Below are positions 23,201-36,547 of a stretch of DNA of 64,000 bases, in pieces. Positions within the stretch are counted from its first letter, which is position 1, and each line of letters starts with the position of its first letter. The stretch is from Ranitomeya imitator (Eukaryota). The notes below the pieces were generated by a model. That model was not told where the DNA came from and did no database searches. It saw only the letters and a list, made by a program, of their open reading frames with translations. Both the position numbers and the translations under genes were made by a program. The stretch covers positions 372,001-436,000 of the forward strand of contig NW_027193546.1 in the NCBI RefSeq assembly GCF_032444005.1, read 5' to 3'.

Positions 23201-25163
23201 GGAGGAGGTGGTGGCACTGATCATACAGCTCTGCGGGGAGGAGGTGGTGGTACTGATCATACAGCTGTGCGGGGAGGAGGTGATTTCTCTGATCATACAG
23301 CTCTGCAGGGAGGAGGTGGTGGTACTGATCATACAGCTCTGCGGGGGAGAAGGTGGTGGCACTGATCATACAGCTCTGCGGGGTGGAGGTGATTTCTCTG
23401 ATCATACAGCTCTGCAGGGAGGAGTAGGTGGTTGCACTGATGATACAGCTCTGCGGGGAGGAGGTGGTGGCACTGATCATACAGCTCTGCGGGGAGGAGG
23501 AGGTGGCACTGATCATACAGCTCTGCGGGGAGGAGGTGGTGGCACTGATCATACAGCTCAGCTGGGAGGAGGTGGTGGCACTGATCATACAGCTCTGCGG
23601 GGTGGAGGTGATTTCTCTGATCATACAGCTCTGCAGGGAGGAGTAGGTGGTGGCACTGATGATACAGCTCTGCGGGGAGGAGGTGGTGGCACTGATCATA
23701 CAGCTCTGCGGGGAGGAGGAGGTGGCACTGATCATATAGCTCTGCGGGGAGGAGGTGGTGGCACTGATCATACAGCTCTGCGGGGAGGAGGTGGTGGCAC
23801 TGATCATACAGCTCTGCGGGGAGGAGGTGGTGGCACTGATCATACAGCTCTGCGGGGAGGAGGTGGTGGCACTGATCGTACAGCTCTGCGGGGAGGAGGT
23901 GGTGGCACTGATCATACAGCTCTGCAGGGAAGAGGTGGTGGCACTGATCATACAGCTCTGCGGGGAGAAGGTGTTGGCACTGATCATACAGCTCTCCGGG
24001 GAGGAGGTGATTTCTCTGATCATACAGCTCTGCAGGGAGGATGAGGTTATGGCTCTGATCATACAGGTCTGAGGGGAGTAGGTGGTGGCTCTGATCATAC
24101 AGCTCTGCGGGGAGAGGGTGGTGGCACTGATCATACAGCTCTGCGGGGAGGAGGTGATGGCTCTGATCCTACAGCTCTGCGGGGAGAATGTGGTGGCTCT
24201 GATCATACAGCTCTGCGGGGAGAAGGTGGTGGCACTGATCATACGGCTCTCCGGGGAGGAGGTGATTTCTCTGATCATACAGCTCTGCAGGGAGGAGGTG
24301 GTGGCTCTGATCATACAGCTCTGCGGAGAGGAGGTGGTGGCTCTGATCATGCAGCTCTGCGGGGAGGAGGTGGTGGCACTGATCATACAGCTGTGCGGGG
24401 AGTAGGTGGTGGCACTGATGATACAGCTCTGCGGGGAGGAGGTGGTGGCACTGATCATACAGCTCTGCGGGGTGGAGGTGATTTCTCTGATCATACAGCT
24501 CTGCGGGGAGGAGGAGGTGGCACTGATCATACAGCTCTGCGGGGAGGAGGTGGTGGCACTGATCATACAGCTCTGCGGGGAGGAGGTGGTGGCTCTGATC
24601 ATACTGCTCTGCGGGGAGGAGGTGGTGGTACTGATCATACAGCTGTGCGGGGAGGAGGTGATTTCTCTGATCATACAGCTCTGCAGGGAGGAGGTGGTAG
24701 CTCTGATCATACAGCTCTGCGGGGAGGAGGTGGTGGCTCTGATCATACAGCTCTGCGGGGAGGAGGTGGTGGCACTGATCATACAGCTCTGCGAGGAGGA
24801 GGAGGTGGCTCTGATCATACAGCTCTGCGGGGAGGAGGAGGTGGCACTGATCATACAGCTCTGCGGGGAGGAGGTGGTGGCACTGATCATACAGCTCTGC
24901 GGGGAGGAGGTGGTGGCACTGATCATACAGCTCTGCGGGGTGGAGGTGATTTCTCTGATCATACAGCTCTGCGGGGTGGAGGTGGTGGCACTGATCATAC
25001 AGCTCTGCGAGGAGGAGGAGGTGGCTCTGATCATACAGCTCTGCGGGGAGGAGGTGGTGGCACTGATTATACAGCTCTGCGGGGAGAGGGAGGTGGCTCT
25101 GATCATACAGCTCTGCGGGGAGGAGGTGGTGGCTCTGATCATACAGCTCTGCGGGGTGGAGGT
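14248..25163. repeat. 36-bp satellite array (~10.9 kb)
   Basis: Continuous 36-bp units with 37- and 39-bp variants. Confidence 0.98.
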
Positions 25164-28100
25164 AACATAGTAACATAGTAACATAGTAACATAGTTAGTA
25201 AGGCCGAAAAAAGACATTTGTCCATCCAGTTCAGCCTATATTCCATCATAATAAATACCCAGATCTACGTCCTTCTACAGAACCTAATAATTGTATGATA
25301 CAATATTGTTCTGCTCCAGGAAGACATCCAGGCCTCTCTTGAACCCCTCGACTGAGTTCGCCATCACCACCTCCTCAGGCAAGCAATTCCAGATTCTCAC
25401 TGCCCTAACAGTAAAGAATCCTCTTCTATGTTGGTGGAAAAACCTTCTCTCCTCCAGACGCAAAGAATGCCCCCTTGTGCCCGTCACCTTCCTTGGTATA
25501 AACAGATCCTCAGCGAGATATTTGTATTGTCCCCTTATATACTTATACATGGTTATTAGATCGCCCCTCAGTCGTCTTTTTTCTAGACTAAATAATCCTA
25601 ATTTCGCTAATCTATCTGGGTATTGTAGTTCTCCCATCCCCTTTATTAGTTTTGTTGCCCTCCTTTGTACTCTCTCTAGTTCCATTATATCCTTCCTGAG
25701 CACCGGTGCCCAAAACTGGACACAGTACTCCATGTGCGGTCTAACTAGGGATTTGTACAGAGGCAGTATAATGCTCTCATCATGTGTATCCAGACCTCTT
25801 TTAATGCACCCCATGATCCTGTTTGCCTTGGCAGCTGCTGCCTGGCACTGGCTGCTCCAGGTAAGTTTATCATTAACTAGGATCCCCAAGTCCTTCTCCC
25901 TGTCAGATTTACCCAGTGGTTTCCCGTTCAGTGTGTAATGGTGATATTGATTCCCTCTTCCCATGTGTATAACCTTACATTTATCATTGTTAAACCTCAT
26001 CTGCCACCTTTCAGCCCAAGTTTCCAACTTATCCAGATCCATCTGTAGCAGAATACTATCTTCTCTTGTATTAACTGCTTTACATAGTTTTGTATCATCT
26101 GCAAATATCGATATTTTACTGTGTAAACCTTCTACCAGATCATTAATGAATATGTTGAAGAGAACAGGTCCCAATACTGACCCCTGCGGTACCCCACTGG
26201 TCACAGCGACCCAGTTAGAGACTATACCATTTATAACCACCCTCTGCTTTCTATCACTAAGCCAGTTACTAACCCATTTACACACATTTTCCCCCAGGCC
26301 AAGCATTCTCATTTTGTGTACCAACCTCTTGTGTGGCACGGTATCAAACGCTTTGGAAAAATCGAGATATACCACGTCCAATGACTCACCGTGGTCCAGC
26401 CTATAGCTTACCTCTTCATAAAAACTGATTAGATTGGTTTGACAGGAGCGATTTCTCATAAACCCATGCTGATATGGAGTTAAACAGTTATTCTCATTGA
26501 GATAATCCAGAATAACATCCCTCAGAAACCCTTCAAATATTTTACCAACAATAGAGGTTAGACTTACTGGCCTATAATTTCCAGGTTCACTTTTAGAGCC
26601 CTTTTTGAATATTGGCACCACATTTGCTATGCGCCAGTCCTGCGGAACAGACCCTGTCGCTATAGAGTCACTAAAAATAAGAAATAATGGTTTATCTATT
26701 ACATTACTTAGTTCTCTTAGTACTCGTGGGTGTATGCCATCCGGACCGGAGATTTATCTATTTTAATCTTATTTAGCCGGTTTCGCACCTCTTCTTGGGT
26801 TAGATTGGTGACCCGTAATATAGGGTTTTCATTGTTTCTTGGGATTTCACCTAGCATTTCATTTTCCACCGTGAATACCGTGGAGAAGAAGGTGTTTAAT
26901 ATGTTAGCTTTTTCCTCGTCATCTACAACCATTCTTTCCTCACTATTTTTTAAGGGGCCTACATTTTCAGTTTTTATTCTTTTACTATTGATATAGTTGA
27001 AGAACAGTTTGGGATTAGTTTTACTCTCCTTAGCAATGTGCTTCTCTGTTTCCTTTTTGGCAGCTTTAATTAGTTTTTTAGATAAAGTATTTTTCTCCCT
27101 ATAGTTTTTTAGAGCTTCAATGGTGCCATCCTGCTTTAGTAGTGCAAATGCTTTCTTTTTACTGTTAATTGCCTGTCTTACTTCTTTGTTTAGCCACATT
27201 GGGTTTTTCCTATTTCTAGTCCTTTTATTCCCACAAGGTATAAACCGCTTACACTGCCTCTTTAGGATGTTCTTAAACATTTCCCATTTATTATCTGTAT
27301 TCTCATTTCTGAGGATATTGTCCCAGTCTACCAGATTAAGGGCATCTCTAAGCTGGTCAAACTTTGCCTTCCTAAAGTTCAGTGTTTTTGTGACTCCCTG
27401 ACAAGTCCCCCTAGTGAAAGACAGGTGAAACTGTACAATATTGTGGTCGCTATTTCCTAGATGCCCGACCACCTGCAGATTTGTTATTCTGTCAGGTCTA
27501 TTAGATAGTATTAGGTCTAAAAGTGCTGCTCCTCTGGTTGGATTCTGCACCAATTGTGAAAGATAATTTTTCTTGGTTATTAGCAGAAACCTGTTGCCTT
27601 TATGGGTTTCACAGGTTTCTGTTTCCCAGTTAATATCCGGGTAGTTAAAGTCCCCCATAACCAGGACCTCATTATGGGTTGCAGCTTCATCTATCTGCTT
27701 TAGAAGTAGACTTTCCATGCTTTCTGTTATATTTGGGGGTTTGTAACAGACCCCAATGAGAATTTTGTTACCATTTTTCCCTCCATGAATTTCAACCCAT
27801 ATGGACTCGACATCCTCATTCCCTTCGCTAATATCCTCCCTTAAAGTGGACTTTAGACAAGACTTTACATAGAGACAAACCCCTCCTCCTCTCCGATTTT
27901 TACGATCCTTTCTAAACAGACTGTAACCCTGTAAGTTAACTGCCCAGTCATAGCTTTCATCTAACCATGTCTCGGTTATTCCCACTATGTCAAAGTTACC
28001 TGTAGATATTTCTGCTTCTAGTTCTTCCATCTTGTTTGTCAGGCTTCTGGCGTTTGCGAGCATGCAGTTTAGAGGATTTTGTTTTGTTCCAATCTCCTCA

Positions 28101-28986
28101 CTGTGGATTGTTTTAGAAATGTTCTTACCTCCCTTCTGAGTATGTTTTCCTGGGTCGTCTTTGTTCAAGTCTAATGTTTTTCTTCCCGTCCCCTCTTCTT
28201 CTAGTTTAACGCCCTCCTGATGAGTGTAGCGAGTCTTCTGGCGAATGTGTGTTTCCCAGGTTTGTTGAGGTGTAGTCCGTCTCTGGCGAGGAGTCCATCA
28301 TACCAGTAATTCACACCGTGGTCCAGGAATCCAAATCCTTGTTGTCTGCACCATCGTCTTAGCCAGTTGTTTGCATCAAGGATCCTGTTCCATCTCCTGG
28401 TGCCATGCCCGTCTACTGGAAGGATAGAAGAAAAAACTACCTGTGCATCCAGTTCCTTTATTTTCTTCCCCAACTCTTCAAAGTCCTTGCAGATTGTCGG
28501 TAGGTCCTTCCTTGCCGTGTCATTGGTGCCAACATGTATCAGAAGAAATGGGTGGACGTCCTTGGAGCTGAAGAGCTTTGGTATCCTATCGGTCACATCC
28601 TTGATCATCGCACCTGGAAGGCAGCATACTTCTCTTGCAGTTATGTCCGGTCTGCAGATGGCTGCTTCTGTGCCTCTCAGTAGTGAGTCTCCCACCACCA
28701 CCACTCTTCGTTGCTTCTTGGCTGTACTTTTTGCTGTCACTTGTTGCTGTGTGCCCTTTTCTTTTTTGCTTGCTGGTATTGCTTCATTCTTAGGTGTGCC
28801 ACCTTCATCCTCTACAAAGATTTGATATCGGTTCTTCAGTTGTGTGGTTGGTGATTTCTCCATGGTCTTCTTGCTTCTTTTGGTCACATGCTTCCACTCA
28901 TCTGCTTTTGGAGGTTCTCTGACACTTTTTTCACCTTCTGTGACCAGTAGAGATGCTTCTGTTCTGTCTAGAAAGTCTTCATTCTC
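25164..28986 (-). mobile_element. CR1 LINE copy 2, 5'-truncated in ORF1, 1-bp frameshift in ORF2
   Basis: Nearly identical to copy 1; tail (gtaacata)n; ORF2 split into 26717-28168 and 25284-26621 by loss of one C at about 26746; ORF1 remnant 28201-28986; AGGT duplicated at both ends. Confidence 0.96.
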
Positions 28987-31900
28987 AGGTGATTTCTCTG
29001 ATCATACAGCTCTGCGGGGTGGAGGTGGTGGCACTGATTATACAGCTCTGCGGGGAGGAAGTGGTGGCTCTGATCATACAGCTCTGCGGGGGAGAAGGTG
29101 GTGGCACTGATCATACAGCTCTGCGGGGTGGAGGTGATTTCTCTGATCATACAGCTCTGCAGGGAGGAGTAGGTGGTGGCACTGATGATACAGCTCTGCG
29201 GGGAGGAGGTGGTGGCACTGATCATACAGCTCTGCGGGGTGGAGGTGATTTCTCTGATCATACAGCTCTGCGGGGAGGAGGAGGTGGCACTGATCATACA
29301 GCTCTGCGGGGAGGAGGTGGTGGCACTGATCATACAGCTCTGCGGGGAGGAGGTGGTGGCACTGATCATACAGCTCTGCGGGGAGGAGGTGGTGGCACTG
29401 ATTATACAGCTCTGCGGGGAGAGGGTGGTGGCTCTGATCATACAGCTCTGCGGGGAGGAGGTGGTGGCTCTGATCATACAGCTCTGCGGGGAGGAGGTGG
29501 TGGCTCTGATCATACAGCTCTGCGGGGAGGAGGTGGTGGTACTGATCATACAGCTGTGCGGGGAGGAGGTGATTTCTCTGATCATACAGCTCTGCAGGGA
29601 GGAGGTGGTGGCTCTGATCATACAGCTCTGCGGGGAGGAGGTGGTGGCACTGATCATACATCTCTGCGGGGGAGAAGGTGGTGGCACTGATCATACAGCT
29701 CTGCGGGGTGGAGGTGATTTCTCTGATCATACAGCTCTGCAGGGAGGAGTAGGTGGTGGCACTGATCATACAGCTCTGCGGGGAGGAGGAGGTGGCACTG
29801 ATCATACAGCTCTGCGGGGAGGAGGTGGTGGCACTGATCATACAGCTCTGCGGGGAGGAGGTGGTGGCACTGATCATACAGCTCTGCGGGGAGGAGGTGG
29901 TGGCACTGATCATACAGCTCTGCGGGGAGGAGGTGGTGGCACTGATCGTACAGCTCTGCGGGGAGGAGGTGGTGGCACTGATCATACAGCTCTGCAGGGA
30001 GGAGGTCGTGGCACTTATCATACAGCTCTGCGGGGAGAATCTGTTGGCACTGATCATACAGCTCTGCGGGGAGGAGGTGGTGGTACTGATCATACAGCTG
30101 TGCGGGGAGGAGGTGATTTCTCTGATCATACAGCTCTGCAGGGAGGAGGTGGTGGCTCTGATCATACAGCTCTGCGGGGAGGAGGTGGTGGCACTGATCA
30201 TACAGCTCTGCGGGGGAGAAGGTGGTGGCACTGATCATACAGCTCTGCGGGGTGGAGGTGATTTCTCTGATCATACAGCTCTGCAGGGAGGAGTAGGTGG
30301 TGGCACTGATCATACAGCTCTGCGGGGAGGAGGAGGTGGCACTGATCATACAGCTCTGCGGGGAGGAGGTGGTGGCACTGATCATACAGCTCTGCGGGGA
30401 GGAGGTGGTGGCACTGATCATACAGCTCTGCGGGGAGGAGGTGGTGGCACTGATCATACAGCTCTGCGGGGAGGAGGTGGTGGCACTGATCGTACAGCTC
30501 TGCGGGGAGGAGGTGGTGGCACTGATCATACAGCTCTGCAGGGAGGAGGTGGTGGCACTGATCATACAGCTCTGCGGGGAGAAGGTGTTGGCACTGATCA
30601 TACAGCTCTCCGGGGAGGAGGTGATTTCTCTGATCATAGAGCTCTGCAGGGAGGATGAGGTTATGGCTCTGATCATACAGGTCTGAGGGGAGTAGGTGGT
30701 GGCTCTGATCATACAGCTCTGCGGGGAGAGGGTGGTGGCACTGATCATACAGCTCTGCGGGGAGGAGGTGATGGCTCTGATCCTACAGCTCTGCGGGGAG
30801 AATGTGGTGGCTCTGATCATACAGCTCTGCGGGGAGAAGGTGGTGGCACTGATCATACGGCTCTCCGGGGAGGAGGTGATTTCTCTGATCATACAGCTCT
30901 GCAGGGAGGAGGTGGTGGCTCTGATCATACAGCTCTGCGGAGAGGAGGTGGTGGCTCTGATCATGCAGCTCTGCGGGGAGGAGGTGGTGGCACTGATCAT
31001 ACAGCTGTGCGGGGAGGAGGTGGTGGCACTGATCATACAGCTCTGCGGGGAGGAGGTGGTGGTACTGATCATACAGCTGTGCGGGGAGGAGGTGATTTCT
31101 CTGATCATACAGCTCTGCAGGGAGGAGGTGGTGGTACTGATCATACAGCTCTGCGGGGGAGAAGGTGGTGGCACTGATCATACAGCTCTGCGGGGTGGAG
31201 GTGATTTCTCTGATCATACAGCTCTGCAGGGAGGAGTAGGTGGTGGCACTGATGATACAGCTCTGCGGGGAGGAGGTGGTGGCACTGATCATACAGCTCT
31301 GCGGGGAGGAGGAGGTGGCACTGATTATACAGCTCTGCGGGGAGGAGGTGGTGGCACTGATCATACAGCTCTGCTGGGAGGAGGTGGTGGCACTGATCAT
31401 ACAGCTCTGCGGGGTGGAGGTGATTTCTCTGATCATACAGCTCTGCAGGGAGGAGTAGGTGGTGGCACTGATGATACAGCTCTGCGGGGAGGAGGTGGTG
31501 GCACTGATCATACAGCTCTGCGGGGAGGAGGAGGTGGCACTGATCATACAGCTCTGCGGGGAGGAGGTGGTGGCACTGATCATACAGCTCTGCGGGGAGG
31601 AGGTGGTGGCACTGATCATACAGCTCTGCGGGGAGGAGGTGGTGGCACTGATCATACAGCTCTGCGGGGAGGAGGTGGTGGCACTGATCGTACAGCTCTG
31701 CGGGGAGGAGGTGGTGGCACTGATCATACAGCTCTGCAGGGAGGAGGTGGTGGCACTGATCATACAGCTCTGCGGGGAGAAGGTGTTGGCACTGATCATA
31801 CAGCTCTCCGGGGAGGAGGTGATTTCTCTGATCATACAGCTCTGCAGGGAGGATGAGGTTATGGCTCTGATCATACAGGTCTGAGGGGAGTAGGTGGTGG

Positions 31901-34870
31901 CTCTGATCATACAGCTCTGCGGGGAGAGGGTGGTGGCACTGATCATACAGCTCTGCGGGGAGGAGGTGATGGCTCTGATCCTACAGCTCTGCGGGGAGAA
32001 TGTGGTGGCTCTGATCATACAGCTCTGCGGGGAGAAGGTGGTGGCACTGATCATACGGCTCTCCGGGGAGGAGGTGATTTCTCTGATCATACAGCTCTGC
32101 AGGGAGGAGGTGGTGGCTCTGATCATACAGCTCTGCGGAGAGGAGGTGGTGGCTCTGATCATGCAGCTCTGCGGGGAGGAGGTGGTGGCACTGATCATAC
32201 AGCTGTGCGGGGAGGAGGTGGTGGCACTGATCATACAGCTCTGCGGGGAGGAGGTGGTGGTACTGATCATACAGCTGTGCGGGGAGGAGGTGATTTCTCT
32301 GATCATACAGCTCTGCAGGGAGGAGGTGGTGGTACTGATCATACAGCTGTGCGGGGAGGAGGTGATTTCTCTGATCATACAGCTCTGCAGGGAGGAGGTG
32401 GTGGCACTGATCATACAGCTCTGCGGGGAGGAGGTGGTGGCACTGATCATACAGCTCTGCGGGGAGGAGGTGGTGGCACTGATCATACAGCTCTGCGGGG
32501 AGGAGGTTGTGGCACTGATCATACAGCTCTGCGGGGAGGAGGTGATTTCTCTGATCATACAGCTCTGCAGGGAGGAGTAGGTGGTGGCACTGATGATACA
32601 GCTCTGCGGGGAGGAGGTGGTGGCACTGATCATACAGCTCTGCGGGGTGGAGGTGATTTCTCTGATCATACAGCTCTGCGGGGAGGAGGAGGTGGCACTG
32701 ATCATACAGCTCTGCGGGGAGGAGGTGGTGGCACTGATCATACAGCTCTGCGGGGAGGAGGTGGTGGCTCTGATCATACTGCTCTGCGGGGAGGAGGTGG
32801 TGGTACTGATCATACAGCTGTGCGGGGAGGAGGTGCTTTCTCTGATCATACAGCTCTGCAGGGAGGAGGTGGTGGCTCTGATCATACAGCTCTGCGGGGA
32901 GGAGGTGGTGGCTCTGATCATACAGCTCTGCGGGGAGGAGGTGGTGGCACTGATCATACAGCTCTGCGAGGAGGAGGAGGTGGCTCTGATCATACAGCTC
33001 TGCGGGGAGGAGGAGGTGGCACTGATCATACAGCTCTGCGGGGAGGAGGTGGTGGCACTGATCATACAGCTCTGCGGGGAGGAGGTGGTGGCACTGATCA
33101 TACAGCTCTGCGGGGAGGAGGTGGTGGCACTGATTATACAGCTCTGCGGGGAGAGGGAGGTGGCTCTGATCATACAGCTCTGCGGGGAGGAGGTGGTGGC
33201 TCTGATCATACAGCTCTGCGGGGTGGAGGTGATTTCTCTGATCATACAGCTCTGCGGGGTGGAGGTGGTTGCACTGATTATACAGCTCTGCGGGGAGGAA
33301 GTGGTGGCTCTGATCATACAGCTCTGCGGGGGAGAAGGTGGTGGCACTGATCATACAGCTCTGCGGGGTGGAGGTGATTTCTCTGATCATACAGCTCTGC
33401 AGGGAGGAGTAGGTGGTGGCACTGATGATACAGCTCTGCGGGGAGGAGGTGGTGGCACTGATCATACAGCTCTGCGGGGTGGAGGTGATTTCTCTGATCA
33501 TACAGCTCTGCAGGGAGGAGGAGGTGGCACTGATCATACAGCTCTGCGGGGAGGAGGTGGTGGCACTGATCATACAGTTCTGCGGGGAGGAGGTGGTGGC
33601 ACTGATCATACAGCTCTCCGGGGAGGAGGTGGTGGCACTGATTATACAGCTCTGCGGGGAGAGGGTGGTGGCTCTGATCATACAGCTCTGCGGGGAGGAG
33701 GTGGTGGCTCTGATCATACAGCTCTGCGGGGTGGAGGTGATTTCTCTGATCATACAGCTCTGCGGGGTGGAGGTGGTGGCACTGATTATACAGCTCTGCG
33801 GGGAGGAAGTGGTGGCTCTGATCATACAGCTCTGCGGGGAGGAGGTGGTGGCACTGATCATACAGCTCTGCGGGGTGGAGGTGATTTCTCTGATCATACA
33901 GCTCTGCAGGGAGGAGTAGGTGGTGGCACTGATGATACAGCTCTGCGGGGAGGAGGTGGTGGCACTGATCATACAGCTCTGCGGGGAGGAGGTGGTGGCA
34001 CTGATCATACAGCTCTGCGGGGAGGAGGTGGTGGCACTGATCGTACAGCTCTGCGGGGAGGAGGTGGTGGCACTGATCATACAGCTCTGCAGGGAGGAGG
34101 TGGTGGCACTGATCATACAGCTCTGCGGGGAGAAGGTGTTGGCACTGATCATACAGCTCTGCGGGGAGGAGGTGGTGGTACTGATCATACAGCTGTGCGG
34201 GGAGGAGGTGATTTCTCTGATCATACAGCTCTGCAGGGAGGAGGTGGTGGCTCTGATCATACAGCTCTGCGGGGAGGAGGTGGTGGCACTGATCATACAG
34301 CTCTTCGGGGGAGAAGGTGGTGGCACTGATCATACAGCTCTGCGGGGTGGAGGTGATTTCTCTGATCATACAGCTCTGCAGGGAGGAGTAGGTGGTGGCA
34401 CTGATCATACAGCTCTGCGGGGAGGAGGAGGTGGCACTGATCATACAGCTCTGCGGGGAGGAGGTGGTGGCACTGATCATACAGCTCTGCGGGGAGGAGG
34501 TGGTGGCACTGATCATACAGCTCTGCGGGGAGGAGGTGGTGGCACTGATCATACAGCTCTGCGGGGAGGAGGTGGTGGCACTGATCGTACAGCTCTGCGG
34601 GGAGGAGGTGGTGGCACTGATCATACAGCTCTGCAGGGAGGAGGTGGTGGCACTGATCATACAGCTCTGCGGGGAGAAGGTGTTGGCACTGATCATACAG
34701 CTCTCCGGGGAGGAGGTGATTTCTCTGATCATAGAGCTCTGCAGGGAGGAGGTGGTGGCACTGATCATACAGGTCTGAGGGGAGTAGGTGGTGGCTCTGA
34801 TCATACAGCTCTGCGGGGAGAGGGTGGTGGCACTGATCATACAGCTCTGCGGGGAGGAGGTGGTGGCTCT
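28987..34870. repeat. 36-bp satellite array (~5.9 kb) ending in the H1 stem-loop
   Basis: The last unit ...ggaggaggtggtggctct is continuous with tataagagcc. Confidence 0.98.
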
Positions 34871-34880
34871 TATAAGAGCC
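34865..34880 (-). terminator. Histone 3' stem-loop of H1 copy 1
   Basis: GGCTCT-TATA-AGAGCC-ACCAC, then AGAGCTGTA 16 nt after the stem. Confidence 0.93.
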
Positions 34881-34908
34881 TTTGTGGTAACAGAACAGGG
34901 GCTGCAGC

Positions 34909-35547
34909 TTATTTCTTAGCCGCGGGCTTCTTGGCTTTCGCAGCCTTCTTAGCCGGACTCTTGGCGGGTTTGGCCGCCTTCTTAGCCGGACTCTTCGTCA
35001 CCTTCTTGGGCTTGGGAGCGGCTTTCGGCTTCTTGGGGCTCTTGGCCGCTTTCTTGGCCGCTGCGGGCTTCTTGGCCTTTTTCGGGCTCTTCTTGGCCGC
35101 AGTCGGAGCCTTCTTGGGCTTCTTCGGAGATTTGGCGGCTTTCTTGGCAGCAGCGGGTTTCTTAGGTTTGGCCGCAGCTGCTGGCTTCGTCTTGGCCACT
35201 TTGTCCTTCGTCTCCTGCTTCTTGTTCAGCTTGAAGGACCCGGAGGCGCCGCTGCCTTTCACCTGGAGGAGGGCGCCCTTGGTGACCAGAGCCTTGACGG
35301 CCAGCTTCAGGCGGCTGTTGTTCTTCTCTACATCGTATCCTCCAGCAGACAGAGCCTTCTTCAGGGCGGCCAGAGACACCCCGCTGCGCTCCTTGGAGGC
35401 GGACACGGCTTTCACGATCAGCTCGGAGACGCTGGGGCCGGAGGGTTTATTGCTCTTCTTGGCAGCAGATTTCTTCGGCTGCTTCTTGGATTTGGCGGCC
35501 GGTTCTGCGGGAGGGGGAGCGGCGGCTGGCGCGGTCTCTGCCATCAT
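34909..35547 (-). CDS. H1: Linker histone H1, copy 1 (212 aa; second ATG at 35544)
   Basis: [11 protein letters not shown]-terminus, globular domain [26 protein letters not shown]...[11 protein letters not shown], Lys/Ala/Pro-rich tail with SPKK motifs. Confidence 0.97.
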   Translation of the reverse strand: MMAETAPAAAPPPAEPAAKSKKQPKKSAAKKSNKPSGPSVSELIVKAVSASKERSGVSLAALKKALSAGGYDVEKNNSRLKLAVKALVTKGALLQVKGSGASGSFKLNKKQETKDKVAKTKPAAAAKPKKPAAAKKAAKSPKKPKKAPTAAKKSPKKAKKPAAAKKAAKSPKKPKAAPKPKKVTKSPAKKAAKPAKSPAKKAAKAKKPAAKK

Positions 35548-35619
35548 GTGCTGCTGAAGCTAAATGAAAATATTTCCTGATAGGAAGGAAAACACTGAGG
35601 CCGGAGCTGGAGGCGCCTG

Positions 35620-35754
35620 TTATATGTACAGGCTTACTGCGCACTGATTGGCTGCTGAGCAGCACCGTCCTGAGCTTCTATTGGCTGACACTGGACACAG
35701 GCCCCGCCCCCTCCCAGCTGAGTCCGAGTGAAGCTCCGCTCTCCCCTTGTGCTT
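35620..35754 (-). promoter_or_regulatory. H1 promoter (TATA, 2 CCAAT, GC box, AC-box-like)
   Basis: ATATAA 35620-35625; attgg 35647 and 35680; gccccgcccc 35701; AAGCACA (AAACACA-like) 35748-35754. Confidence 0.65.
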
Positions 35755-36547
35755 CCCTGCCCGGGATAAAAGCCCTTTACCGGCTAACACCGGACAGCAG
35801 AGCGCGATTCCTCCGTCGCCTCCCCTTCTCCAACATCTCCACCGGCCATTTGTAGCCGTCACTAGCAGAGATGCCGGGAAAGAGCGGAGAGGAAATCCCG
35901 GGATCATCGCCGCCGTCCTCCCGATCTGCACCTCACTGTGTACCGGGGAGATAAATCTGCTGCGGGAGCTCGTTCCTCCTATTCCCGGCTCCTGTCACCA
36001 TCACAGGGATCTTTACTCCTATGTCTATCGCACAGGAAGCTGATTGTACGATGTGGGGACGAGCTGGAGCTGCTGAGAACCCAGAAGGGTAACACAGGCG
36101 ACGGCCTCCGCTGACTGCCACCTCCCTGACCTGTGGTGTCACTGTACCCCGTATGTGCAGAGGATTGGGGGGACACGTGTTCCACATCAGTAGATGATCC
36201 ACATCGGTGGCTGATTGCAATCACCTGCCTGATATCGTGTCTTACCCAGTGTGAAGCTGTGACCGCTGCGGCCTGTCATGGTGCGAAGAGCTCTGATGAG
36301 GCGACAGCTGCACACTGCGACTCCCCAACCAAACACATAAACATCTCCGGGGAGAAAACTGAAATATTAATGGATTTATGTGACCCCCACTATTGTGTAA
36401 AAGGGGAATATTGGGAGAAAAGCGGAGACACAAAATCCAGCGTCTACACAGAGAACACAGCTGTACATAGTTTATATAGTGCACAACATCACATCTGCAC
36501 AGCCCAGATCAGCAGTGTAATAAGTGTCACTGATACTAGAGGAGAGG

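Noticed and set aside
33920-35557. Plus-strand ORFs reading from satellite into antisense H1 (also 51051-51977)
   Set aside because: Shadow frames of the Lys/Ala-rich H1 CDS fused to open satellite frames.
36030-36100. Possible small exon (cacag|gaagctg...gaagg|gtaac) upstream of the BRAT1 fragment
   Set aside because: Splice-like ends only; I could not match any frame to BRAT1 or another protein.
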